From contig JBBRNJ010000002.1 in the NCBI GenBank assembly GCA_038230375.1, positions 160,001 to 224,000 on the forward strand: a stretch of 64,000 nucleotides of DNA, given 5' to 3'. This DNA is from Polyangiales bacterium (GTDB lineage: Bacteria > Myxococcota_A > Polyangia > Polyangiales > Polyangiaceae). Position numbers and translations under genes: made by a program. The notes under the pieces were generated by a model. It saw only the letters and a program-made list of their open reading frames with translations. It was not told where the DNA came from and made no database searches. Of the stretch, positions 10,398 to 19,113 are shown in pieces (the first letter of the stretch is position 1; each line of letters starts with the position of its first letter).

Positions 10398-11750
10398 TCA
10401 GCGCTGCGACGGGCGGTCGGCCACCCGCGGCACTCCTTGCGTCACGCCCACGCCCTGGTAGCGAAGGCCCGCGCGCGTCACGTCCTGCGGTCGCCAGATG
10501 TTGCGCGCGTCGACGATGACCGCCGGTTGACCGTTGGGCCCGCTCGCCATGCGGCGCTTCATCTCCGCGAAGTTCGGCGCACGGTAGCTGCGCCACTCCG
10601 TGAGAAGCACGAGCGCATGCGCACCGTCGAGGGCGTCGTAGTCGCGGTCGACCACCTTGGCACGCGCGCCGACGGCAGCGACATAGTTCACGCCGGCCTC
10701 CGGGTCGTGCCCGATGACGTGCGCCCCCTTCTCCAGGAGCGCCTCCGTCAGCCTGAGGGACGGTGCCTCGCGAATGTCGTCGGTCTCTGGCTTGAACGCC
10801 AGGCCCCAGAGCGCGATCTGCTTGCCCGCGACGCCGCCGAGCGTGCGCTCGACGAGCTGCACGATGAACGCAGCCTGCTCCTCGTTGGCCAGGTGCGTGG
10901 CCTCTGCGAGCCGCATGGGTACGCCGAACTTCTTGCCCAGCGCGCTGAGCGCCTGCACGTCCTTCGGGAAACAAGAGCCGCCATAGCCGGGGCCGGAGTA
11001 GAGGAACTTCTTTCCGATGCGCGTGTCGGTGCCAACGCCAAGCCGGACGGAGTGCACGTCCGCGCCAGTGGCATGGCAGAGGCGCGAGAGCTCGTTCATG
11101 AAGGACACGCGCATCGCGAGCATGGTGTTGGCCGCGTACTTGATGAGCTCGCTGGAGCGCGGGTCGGTGACGACGAGGCGCTCACCGGAGAGCTGCAGCG
11201 GGGCATAGAGATCGCGAAGCGTCTGACGCGCCGCCTCGCTCCGCGCGCCCAGCACGATGCGGTCGGGCTTGAAGAAGTCCGTGACCGCGTCGCCCTCCTT
11301 GAGAAACTCCGGGTTGGAGACGACCTCGAGCTCCACGGGGGCATGGGCAAGACGCGACTGCACTTCGTCGCAGGTGCCGACCGGCACGGTGCTCTTCACC
11401 ACGACCAGCGCCTTCGCTTTGGCAACCTTCGCGATCTCTTCGGCGACCTTGAAGACCGCGGAGACGTCTGCAGAGCCGTCGGCCTTGGCCGGCGTACCCA
11501 CGGCGATGAAATAGGCGTCGGCCTCTTGCCACTCCGTGGTCACCTCGGTGCCAAAGGTGAGCCGCTTGTTCTTCTGGTTGCGCCTGACGAGGTCCGACAG
11601 GCCAGGCTCGTAGATGGGGATGTTGCCACCACGCAGCCGCTCGATCTTCCCGGGATCGATGTCATAGATGAGGACGTCGTGGCCCAGGTCGGACAGACCG
11701 GTGCCGGTGACCAGGCCAACGTATCCGGCTCCAAAAACGACAAGACGCAT
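10398..11750 (-). CDS. ugd: UDP-glucose 6-dehydrogenase
   Basis: 'GAGYVGL', 'KSTVPVGT', 'SNPEFLKEG', 'GYGGSCFPKD' and 'GLAFKPETDDIRE'. Confidence 0.95.
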   Translation of the reverse strand: MRLVVFGAGYVGLVTGTGLSDLGHDVLIYDIDPGKIERLRGGNIPIYEPGLSDLVRRNQKNKRLTFGTEVTTEWQEADAYFIAVGTPAKADGSADVSAVFKVAEEIAKVAKAKALVVVKSTVPVGTCDEVQSRLAHAPVELEVVSNPEFLKEGDAVTDFFKPDRIVLGARSEAARQTLRDLYAPLQLSGERLVVTDPRSSELIKYAANTMLAMRVSFMNELSRLCHATGADVHSVRLGVGTDTRIGKKFLYSGPGYGGSCFPKDVQALSALGKKFGVPMRLAEATHLANEEQAAFIVQLVERTLGGVAGKQIALWGLAFKPETDDIREAPSLRLTEALLEKGAHVIGHDPEAGVNYVAAVGARAKVVDRDYDALDGAHALVLLTEWRSYRAPNFAEMKRRMASGPNGQPAVIVDARNIWRPQDVTRAGLRYQGVGVTQGVPRVADRPSQR

Positions 11751-11765
11751 GTGATCTGAAGTTCT

Positions 11766-13523
11766 CTACTGAAGACCACGAGAGCTGTACAGCCACCACC
11801 CGCCGCGGTGATCCACGAGGTGCAGGTTCTGTGGTGCGCCGGTGCCGCTCGCGTCTGGACGCGTCCGCATGAGGATGTAGTCCCAGTCGCCCAGGTCGTA
11901 GGCGGGCCAGTCCACGAAGGTGAGCCCGCTCTCCGAGTAGGTGCTGGGCAGGCGCAGCGCTGGGTTCTGCGCGGTGGGATACAGCGCGGAGCCCTGGTGG
12001 AACCACACGTCGGACACCACGATCGGCCGCTCGGCGAGGACCAGCTTGTCGTAGTGCACGAACGGGTGCGCTGCGAACACATCGCTGTCCGGATCGAGCG
12101 GCAGGTTGAGCACGCGCGCTTCGACGGGAACCTTCGCGAGCACCTCGCGGTAGCCGCGCGCCTCGTCCTGGAAGCGATAGCTCGAGAGCAGCGCCATGGA
12201 CACAACGGCCAGCGCCGCGATGGGCGCGCCCAGCTCGAGGATCGCGCGATGCGTGGGGCCGATGCGATCGCGGTGGATCGAGAGCAGCGCCAGATAGAGC
12301 ACGATCGGAAGCAGACGGGCGTCCACGAAGCCGAACCAGCCGATGGAGTGCGGGAGTGCGGCGAAGATGACGAACAGCGCCAGCGCGCCAGTGCGCAGCG
12401 TGCGCGCGTAGTACGCACGTGTATCGATCTCGCTCGTACGAGCCGCAGTGTCACTGATGGGGCCGGACTCGGACCTGGCCTTCGGCAACGAGCGAAGCAC
12501 CGCGGACACCGCGAAGATCCAGATACCGACGCCCACGAGCAGGTCCACGCCAGTGCGGGTCATCAGGGTGGGCGTGAGGAGCAGGCTCAGCTTGTCGAGG
12601 AGGCCCTGGAAGTGCGGGACCATGTTCTGCGCAGCGACCGGCGCAGAGCCAAGCGGACGGGTGCCTCCACGCTCGATGAAGGCGACCCAGCCAGCGAGCG
12701 CAACCGCAGGGAGCAGCGCGCGCCACCGCAGCGCCACGGCGAGCCTGGCCTTCATGGGCTTGGTCTGGACGGCGCCGGTCGCGCCTGTCGCGCAGGCCGC
12801 GGAGAGGAACGCGACGAACATGTAGAGCAGGAACGCGTGCCCATGCGCCACGAACACGAGCGGCGAGAACACCGCGACAAGCAGCTCCTTGTTGCGTGTC
12901 TTGGCGGTGCTCTCACCCGCGTTTGCCGCTCCTGCGAGCGTCATCCAGAACGTCATGCCCACGAGCATGACGGAGACGCCGAGCAGGTAGCTCGCGAAGC
13001 CGAGCAGCGTCATGAGCCCGAACCCGAGCGCCAGCCCGACGAACGCGTAGGTGGGACCACCCTCACCGAAGAGACGCTTCCGCGCGAACGCGAGCGCGAG
13101 CGGGGTTGCGATCACCGGGAGGCATGCGATGGCGCGCACGGCGCGGACGGGGCCAATGAGGCCCACGAGACACTCGCCCAGGAAACGGAAGAGTGAGTAC
13201 GGCCCCAGGTGCGGTGCGAGCACGAAGAAGCGCTGCTCGAAGGCGGAGTCCGCGAAGCGATGCCGCATCGCGATGAGGCCAGCGTGGGCCGGAAGATCCT
13301 GGAACGGCAGCGCATCGAAGGCCCAGAAGACGAGTACTCCGAGCGACAGCAGCGCCCCGAAGGCAGGCCAGCCCGTGAGGTGCGCTCGCACACGGGTCTT
13401 GTCTTGACCGCCAGCGGCCGAAAATCCGGGAGAGATGGGTGCTGGGGGCGCGGGCATGGAGCCGCCTACGGGGCCGTTTTCGACCTCGTCGCGCGTCGGA
13501 TCCGGTGCGGCCTGAGGCGCCAT
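11766..13523 (-). CDS. polytopic membrane protein, GT-C-like glycosyltransferase candidate
   Basis: About 11-13 hydrophobic segments, an acidic first-loop motif 'LPFQDLPAH' and a soluble C-terminal domain. Start uncertain (13523 or 13457). Confidence 0.6.
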   Translation of the reverse strand: MAPQAAPDPTRDEVENGPVGGSMPAPPAPISPGFSAAGGQDKTRVRAHLTGWPAFGALLSLGVLVFWAFDALPFQDLPAHAGLIAMRHRFADSAFEQRFFVLAPHLGPYSLFRFLGECLVGLIGPVRAVRAIACLPVIATPLALAFARKRLFGEGGPTYAFVGLALGFGLMTLLGFASYLLGVSVMLVGMTFWMTLAGAANAGESTAKTRNKELLVAVFSPLVFVAHGHAFLLYMFVAFLSAACATGATGAVQTKPMKARLAVALRWRALLPAVALAGWVAFIERGGTRPLGSAPVAAQNMVPHFQGLLDKLSLLLTPTLMTRTGVDLLVGVGIWIFAVSAVLRSLPKARSESGPISDTAARTSEIDTRAYYARTLRTGALALFVIFAALPHSIGWFGFVDARLLPIVLYLALLSIHRDRIGPTHRAILELGAPIAALAVVSMALLSSYRFQDEARGYREVLAKVPVEARVLNLPLDPDSDVFAAHPFVHYDKLVLAERPIVVSDVWFHQGSALYPTAQNPALRLPSTYSESGLTFVDWPAYDLGDWDYILMRTRPDASGTGAPQNLHLVDHRGGWWLYSSRGLQ

Positions 13524-13608
13524 TTGAAGCCCGCGGAGCATAGCCGCAAAGATGCCGTCGCGCCCCTCTTTGTCGCGAATATCCGTGCGAATTTTGGTAA
13601 CGGGAGCT

Positions 13609-15318
13609 GTGCCGATTTTCCCCAACGTGCGGGCGTTTCTACGCACGCCGCGGGCGTGGATACTCTGCGTCTTCGTGCTGATGAACGTGCCGGGCCTGAA
13701 CTGGGGGCTCCCGGCGTCGGACGGCTGGGACAACGACGGAATTGCGCCCCGGGATTTCTTGGCGGGCCTGGTGGAGACCTTCACGCCGGGCCACTACTAC
13801 CAATATCCCCCTGTTCAGCTGATCCTGCTCGGCGTCCTGACGCTGCCTGTCACCCTGATCGGCCTCGCGAACGCGGCCAGCCTGTCGCCGGCAGACGTCA
13901 TCGCGGAGATGGTCAAGGTGCCGTACATGACGGCCATCGCGCTCATCGCGCGCTGCGTGTCGCTGCTCATGGCCGCGGGGACCATCAACGCCGTCTCGCG
14001 CATGGTCGAGGAGGTGAGGGGAGAGCGCGCCTCGCTCTTCGCGCTCGCGTTCGGGGCGTTGAATGCGCCGCTCGTTTACTACGGGCGAACGAGCAACCTC
14101 GACGTGCCGTACATGTTCTTCGCGTCGGTCGCGATGCTTGCGTTGGTCCGGGCTCTCGCGCGCAAGGAGCCCGCGCGTCTACGGCGCTTCGCCATCTTCG
14201 CCGTGCTGGCCGTGGGTACGAAGGACCAGGCATACGCCCTCTTCCTGGGCGCCGTTCCAGTGGCGTTCGCGCTGTGGATATGGCGTTCCCCGTGGGCGGC
14301 CACGCGCAAGAGAGCGCTCGCGCTGATGGCACTGAAGCTGCTCGCGCTCTCCGTGGTGCTGCTCTTCGTGGTGGACCTGGTGCCGTTCAACCCGAGCGGC
14401 TTCCGCGCGCGCATTCATTTCCTGGTCGGCTCCGCCAGCCAGGATTATGTGCACTATACAAATGATTGGACGGGCCGCTTCCGCGTGCTCCAGGACATCG
14501 TCACGAACTCGCCGCGCTACTACTCGGTGCCGGCGCTGGTGCTTGCGGTCGTCGGTGGCGCGCTGGGGGTGTCCAAGATCAAGGACAGGGACGTGCGTCT
14601 TGCCGCGCTGATCCCGCTGTTCTGTGCGGTCTCGTACACGATGTTCTTCAACTGCGTCGCGCGCCGCACCGACCACCGGTTCGTGCTGCCGCAGATGATC
14701 CTCCTTGCGGGGTACGGCGGCATTGCGCTCGATCTGCTCACCACGCAGCGGGTGAAGTGGCGGTTCTGGGCCTCGTGGGTCATCACCGTCTGCATGGGTG
14801 GGGCTGCGGTGTTCGGGTGCGCGTCCGTGACCGCCCAGCTCCTCCTGGACCCGCGCTACGACGCGGAGGCATGGCTGCACGAGCACGTGCGGCCGGGCGA
14901 TCTCATCGAGACCCATTCGCTGAATGTGTATCTTCTCCGCTTCCCGCACGACGCCCGCATCATTCGCGTGGGGCCCGACCCGGTGCAGCACCGCAACCCG
15001 ATGCCAGGCATCACGGAGGTCCAGGACGAGTACGGCCACGCGGAGGCGCGCAACGCCCGCTTCATCGTCGTCAGCGAGGGCTGGGCCTGGCGCTACCTGC
15101 TGGATCCCAAGGTTCATCTGGAGCCGGGCCGCGTGTTGCCACCGACGCAGATCAAGACGGGGAGCGATCTCGACGGCTCCACCTTCTTCCAGGCGCTGCT
15201 CGACAACCGTCGCGGCTTCCATCGGGTGCACAACTCCACCTGGTCGAGCCACGTCTTCCCGCGGCTCGATTTCCACGCGAGCACCTCACGCGAGATCTGG
15301 ATCTTCGAGCGCAACTAG
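13609..15318 (+). CDS. GT-C (PMT/ArnT-like) membrane glycosyltransferase
   Basis: 'LNWGLP..DGWDNDG', 'YYQYPP', 'LAVGTKDQAY', 'RFVLP', multiple TMs and a C-terminal soluble domain. Start approximate. Confidence 0.7.
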   Translation: MPIFPNVRAFLRTPRAWILCVFVLMNVPGLNWGLPASDGWDNDGIAPRDFLAGLVETFTPGHYYQYPPVQLILLGVLTLPVTLIGLANAASLSPADVIAEMVKVPYMTAIALIARCVSLLMAAGTINAVSRMVEEVRGERASLFALAFGALNAPLVYYGRTSNLDVPYMFFASVAMLALVRALARKEPARLRRFAIFAVLAVGTKDQAYALFLGAVPVAFALWIWRSPWAATRKRALALMALKLLALSVVLLFVVDLVPFNPSGFRARIHFLVGSASQDYVHYTNDWTGRFRVLQDIVTNSPRYYSVPALVLAVVGGALGVSKIKDRDVRLAALIPLFCAVSYTMFFNCVARRTDHRFVLPQMILLAGYGGIALDLLTTQRVKWRFWASWVITVCMGGAAVFGCASVTAQLLLDPRYDAEAWLHEHVRPGDLIETHSLNVYLLRFPHDARIIRVGPDPVQHRNPMPGITEVQDEYGHAEARNARFIVVSEGWAWRYLLDPKVHLEPGRVLPPTQIKTGSDLDGSTFFQALLDNRRGFHRVHNSTWSSHVFPRLDFHASTSREIWIFERN

Positions 15319-15396
15319 TTCTACTGCGGGAACTGAAAAACGCGGAGCGGGCACGAATTTGCCCTGACGTTGTCGACCCTGACAACATGGCGGCGC

Positions 15397-15642
15397 ATGC
15401 CTGCGCTCGTCGACCGGGGGCTCCATTTTGCTGCGTCCCTGAGCCAGGCAGGCGGACCGTGGGCAAGGGCTGCGCTGCGCCATGTCTCCGAGCACACGGG
15501 CATCCCCATCGTGCTGGTCGCCGCCATCGGGCTGGTGATCAGCTACCGCACCGCGAAGCGAATGCTGCGGTTCGCCGTCGAGGTCGGGGTCGCGCTCGTC
15601 CTCGTGGTGGCGCTGACCGAGCTGGGGTGGATAAAGTTCTAG
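15397..15642 (+). CDS. small membrane protein, hypothetical
   Basis: 81-aa ORF with two hydrophobic helices, ending 1 bp before the next ORF. Confidence 0.6.
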   Translation: MPALVDRGLHFAASLSQAGGPWARAALRHVSEHTGIPIVLVAAIGLVISYRTAKRMLRFAVEVGVALVLVVALTELGWIKF

Positions 15643-15643
15643 T

Positions 15644-16450
15644 GTGTCGCTGATCCCGATCGAGCATCCGCGAAGGCTCGCGTCGCCTGCGGATGCCGCT
15701 CGCTTCTTCCGCGGGCTACGTCTTTTTCCTGGGCTCGCGGAGACGCGCGTGTCCGCCCGCGGTTTCCACACGCGGGACCTGTCGCGCGTGTCGCGCGTGG
15801 TGGATGCGCTCCCCACGAAACACGAGAGCACCGTGTCTTTCGAGGGCGGGGTGCTCGGCCCCGCCGCGCTCTCTGCGCTCTCTGCGCTCACGATGACGCC
15901 GTTCGACTACCTGGACCTGCGAAGCAGCGACGCGAGTCTTCGCGTGTGGCCGGCGCGCCACGCGTGGGTCTTCTCGTCGCGCTCCCACGCGGACGCGGAG
16001 GAGGTGCTCGGCGTTTCGCTCGCGCCAGGGAAGAACGTGCTCGCGGACGCGGAGATCACGCTCGAGCAGGGGGACGTGGGGTATCCCATCTGGATGGAGA
16101 CGCGCTCGATTCCGCGGGCGTTCTCGTTCTTCCGCGCGCTCACGAGCGACGCGTTCGAGCGTGGGTGCATCATGCAGCCGCACGCGCAGGCGAAGGCATC
16201 GCTCGTGGCGTGGATCGCGGCCCTGCAGTCGAAGGTGAACGCCGTTCTGGACCTGGAGGTCGACGTCGCGCGCGCGCTGACGGAGGCCTTTCCGGGCGAA
16301 TCTCTGGACTGGCAGTCGGATGGCATCCTGGTCGAATTTCCGGAGGGCCGCATACACGGCTTCCTCGTGACCCCGAACACCGGCGAGCGCGAGCAGAAGC
16401 GCTGGCTCGCGCGGATCGACAAGGCACTGCGTCGCGCCGACCTCGCGTAG
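15644..16450 (+). CDS. hypothetical protein
   Basis: 268-aa ORF with host-like GC3 codon bias; no recognisable motif. Confidence 0.6.
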   Translation: MSLIPIEHPRRLASPADAARFFRGLRLFPGLAETRVSARGFHTRDLSRVSRVVDALPTKHESTVSFEGGVLGPAALSALSALTMTPFDYLDLRSSDASLRVWPARHAWVFSSRSHADAEEVLGVSLAPGKNVLADAEITLEQGDVGYPIWMETRSIPRAFSFFRALTSDAFERGCIMQPHAQAKASLVAWIAALQSKVNAVLDLEVDVARALTEAFPGESLDWQSDGILVEFPEGRIHGFLVTPNTGEREQKRWLARIDKALRRADLA

Positions 16451-16539
16451 GTCGAGGTCGAGGTCGAGGTCGACGTCGAAGTCAGGGTCGAGGTCGAGGT
16501 CGGGGTCGGGGTCGACGTCGAAGTCAGGGTCGATGTCGG
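16451..16539. repeat. intergenic hexamer tandem repeat (GTCGRS-like)n with an internal 23-bp duplication
   Basis: gtcgag gtcgag gtcgag gtcgac gtcgaa gtcagg gtcgag...; the string 'gtcgacgtcgaagtcagggtcga' occurs at 16469 and 16511. Confidence 0.9.
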
Positions 16540-16565
16540 CTTCGAATGTCGCTACATTGGCGCCC

Positions 16566-17330
16566 ATGAAACTCTCCGATCTCAAAATCATCGTGTCTGG
16601 TGGTGCGCAGGGTATGGGTCGTCACTTCGCGCTTCGGCTCGTCGAAGCGGGCGCGAGCGTCGCGATCGGTGACGTGAACGAGGCTGGCCTCGAGGAGACC
16701 AAGGGCGCAGCCAAGGGCCCCGGCAAGATCTTCGCGAAGAAGCTCAACGTCGCTGACGAGGGTGAGGTCGGTGCGTTCGTCGCATGGGCGTTCGAGTCGA
16801 TGGGCGGCCTGAACGGGCTCGTCAACAACGCCGGCATCCTGCGCGATGGCCTGCTCGTGAAGAAGGACCGCGAGACCGGCGCTGTGAAGAAGCTCACGAA
16901 GGAGCAGTGGGACGCAGTGATCGGCGTCAACCTCACGGGCGCCACGCTGCTCGCGCGCGACGTCGTCGCGACCATGGTCGAGAAGGACCAGAAGCCCGGC
17001 GTGATCGTGAACATCTCCAGCGTCGCGCGCCACGGCAACCGCGGTCAGTCGAACTACACCGCAGCGAAGGCAGCGCTCGCCGCGAACACCGTGACGTGGT
17101 CTCGCGAGTTCGGTGCGTTCGGCATCCGCGTCGGCGCGGTCGCGCCCGGCATGATCGAGACACCCATGACGCAAGGCATGAACCAGAAGGCGCGCGACGC
17201 GCTCGTGGCCGCCATCCCGGTCGGTCGCATCGGCGTGCCCGAGGACATCTGGCTCGGCGTGAAGTTCGTGCTCGAGTGCGACTACTTCAACGGCCGCACC
17301 ATCGACGTCGACGGCGGCCTCTCGATGTGA
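16566..17330 (+). CDS. fabG: short-chain dehydrogenase/reductase, 3-oxoacyl-ACP reductase-like
   Basis: 'SGGAQGMG', 'NNAGILRD', 'NISS' and YxxxK 'NYTAAK'. Confidence 0.85.
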   Translation: MKLSDLKIIVSGGAQGMGRHFALRLVEAGASVAIGDVNEAGLEETKGAAKGPGKIFAKKLNVADEGEVGAFVAWAFESMGGLNGLVNNAGILRDGLLVKKDRETGAVKKLTKEQWDAVIGVNLTGATLLARDVVATMVEKDQKPGVIVNISSVARHGNRGQSNYTAAKAALAANTVTWSREFGAFGIRVGAVAPGMIETPMTQGMNQKARDALVAAIPVGRIGVPEDIWLGVKFVLECDYFNGRTIDVDGGLSM

Positions 17331-17561
17331 GATCGCGGGTGTAGCGGGGTGTGATGGTTTTTGGAGGTGTGACGTACGGTTAGCGTGTGTCACACTTGCA
17401 CGTCGCGCGTGCCAAGCAACACTCCCGTGAACCGCGTCCACCCTTACGCACCGACCACCGCCTCAGACTTGACGCTTAGGTGCGCGAAAAAAGTGATCTT
17501 TATATCTTGCGTCGGCCCCATTTTCTGCGATTACAGAAAGTGACGTTCGTGTGACGACGAG

Positions 17562-19103
17562 ATGGCGATCGCAGACATATTCCAGCCCCGGGTGACGGAG
17601 GACACAAACGCCCCAGTGCAAAGGCTGCCGGGTGGCGTGCGCCTCGGCGTCCATGATGCGTCTCGCGTCGAGTGGAGCTTCTCCGTGCCGCTGCCGGAAG
17701 ATGCACCGCTCAAGTACAGCCTCTCGGTCCGGATGCAGATCCCCTCCATCGTGCGGCAAGAGCCGTGGGAGCAGCTGCAGTCGTTCACGCGTCTCGATGG
17801 GCCGCTGCTCACAGGCGGTCGCGGTGCGCCGGTCACGGTCGATGCGCTTCGTCGTGGTGCGCTGGCGCTCGTCGCGAAGCTCTCACGCGCGAGCGACGCA
17901 TTCGCCCGCTACTGCAGGCTCGCGGTGAACGCGCGTGATGTCATGACGGCGGGCGAACTGGAAGAGGCGCTCCTTGTCTGGCTCGATGCCGCAGAGCGCA
18001 CGCTCGAGGATGGTCGGTCGCGCTTCGCCGCCAAGATCGAAGGCGAGGCCACCGAGGTCTCGCTGGAGCGCGAGCTCCTTGACGAGTACACGAGCGTGCG
18101 GTTCCTGGAGATGCTCGCGGCCTCCGAGCGCGCGCTTGGTCAACTCGCCACGTCGCTCGCATTCTCGCCAGCGCTCCTCACCGCGGTCTCGAACGTCGAG
18201 TCGCGCGTGGCGGACATGCTCGGGGGTGAGCTGCTTCACCGCGCGGACGCCGGCTACATCAAGACCGACCCGTCCTCGTCCGAGGCGCTCGAGCGCTACC
18301 TGGAGCGCTCCAGCCGGCTGAAGAAGCACTTCCAGGAGGTCCTCTTCCTCGAGGCCGAGACGTTCCAGGTCGCAGAGCGCATCCACCACTACGTGGCCGC
18401 GCTTGCGGCACTTGTCGCGTCGACCTGGGCGTTCGCGTGGCAGATCGCGCTGACGAACCGCGGCGTGTCCATGGGCTCGCAGGTGAGCTCTGGTATCGTC
18501 ATCCTCGCCGTGCTCGGCGGCATCGTCTACGCCGGTAAGGATCGGCTGAAGGAAGTCGGGCGCATCTGGGTGAGCCGCAAGGTCCACCGCGTCCTTGGTG
18601 CTCAGCGCGTCGCTCGCTATCGCGCGCCCGCGAAGCGCCTGCCTGGTCGCGACGTGATCGTGCACGCGCGCGAGTCGTTCGATCAGAACGTGGAGCAAGT
18701 GCCCGACACGCTGAACCCGGAGAGCGGCGCCACGATGAGCGTCAAGGTGCTCGAATACAAGCACCGCGGCACCGTGCGCCCGCAGGCGACGCTCACGGAG
18801 TCGGGCGTTCGCCGCGTGAAGCACGTCTTCCGCTACGACATGTCCCCGCTGTTCGCGCACCTGGACGACGCGAAGAAGTCCATCCCCGTCCTTGACGAAG
18901 GCTCGCGTCGCGTGCGCTTCATCGACGCGCCGCGCTGCTACAGGATTCCCATCACGATGACGCTCGAGCAGGGCGGCGCGGAGTGGTCCGAGACGGCAAC
19001 GCTCGTGCTGCACAAGAGCGGCCTTGCCCGGATCGAGCGCCCCGCACGCACGCGCGAGGACAGCGATCCCGCGTTGATGGACACGGCGCTCGAACCCGGC
19101 TAA
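17562..19103 (+). CDS. hypothetical membrane protein (two TMs between large soluble domains)
   Basis: 513-aa ORF with TMs 'YVAALAALVASTWAFAW' and 'GIVILAVLGGIVYAG'. Confidence 0.7.
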   Translation: MAIADIFQPRVTEDTNAPVQRLPGGVRLGVHDASRVEWSFSVPLPEDAPLKYSLSVRMQIPSIVRQEPWEQLQSFTRLDGPLLTGGRGAPVTVDALRRGALALVAKLSRASDAFARYCRLAVNARDVMTAGELEEALLVWLDAAERTLEDGRSRFAAKIEGEATEVSLERELLDEYTSVRFLEMLAASERALGQLATSLAFSPALLTAVSNVESRVADMLGGELLHRADAGYIKTDPSSSEALERYLERSSRLKKHFQEVLFLEAETFQVAERIHHYVAALAALVASTWAFAWQIALTNRGVSMGSQVSSGIVILAVLGGIVYAGKDRLKEVGRIWVSRKVHRVLGAQRVARYRAPAKRLPGRDVIVHARESFDQNVEQVPDTLNPESGATMSVKVLEYKHRGTVRPQATLTESGVRRVKHVFRYDMSPLFAHLDDAKKSIPVLDEGSRRVRFIDAPRCYRIPITMTLEQGGAEWSETATLVLHKSGLARIERPARTREDSDPALMDTALEPG

Positions 19104-19113
19104 CTCGCCGCAC

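Noticed and set aside
13552..13784. Apparent head-to-head overlap of the two GT-C-like ORFs; similar cases at 4939-5643 and 42044-42393
   Set aside because: It disappears when downstream start codons are used, so it is an artefact of longest-ORF calling.
16451..16539. Tandem repeats here and at 28494 and 56133 considered as CRISPR arrays
   Set aside because: The units are 6-15 bp with no unique spacers, and no cas genes are present.
17479..17510. GGTGCGCGAAAAAAGTGATCTTTATATC, which begins like the E. coli dif site (GGTGCGCATAA...)
   Set aside because: There is no TTATGTTAAAT-like XerD arm at the 6-bp spacing; more likely an AT-rich promoter.
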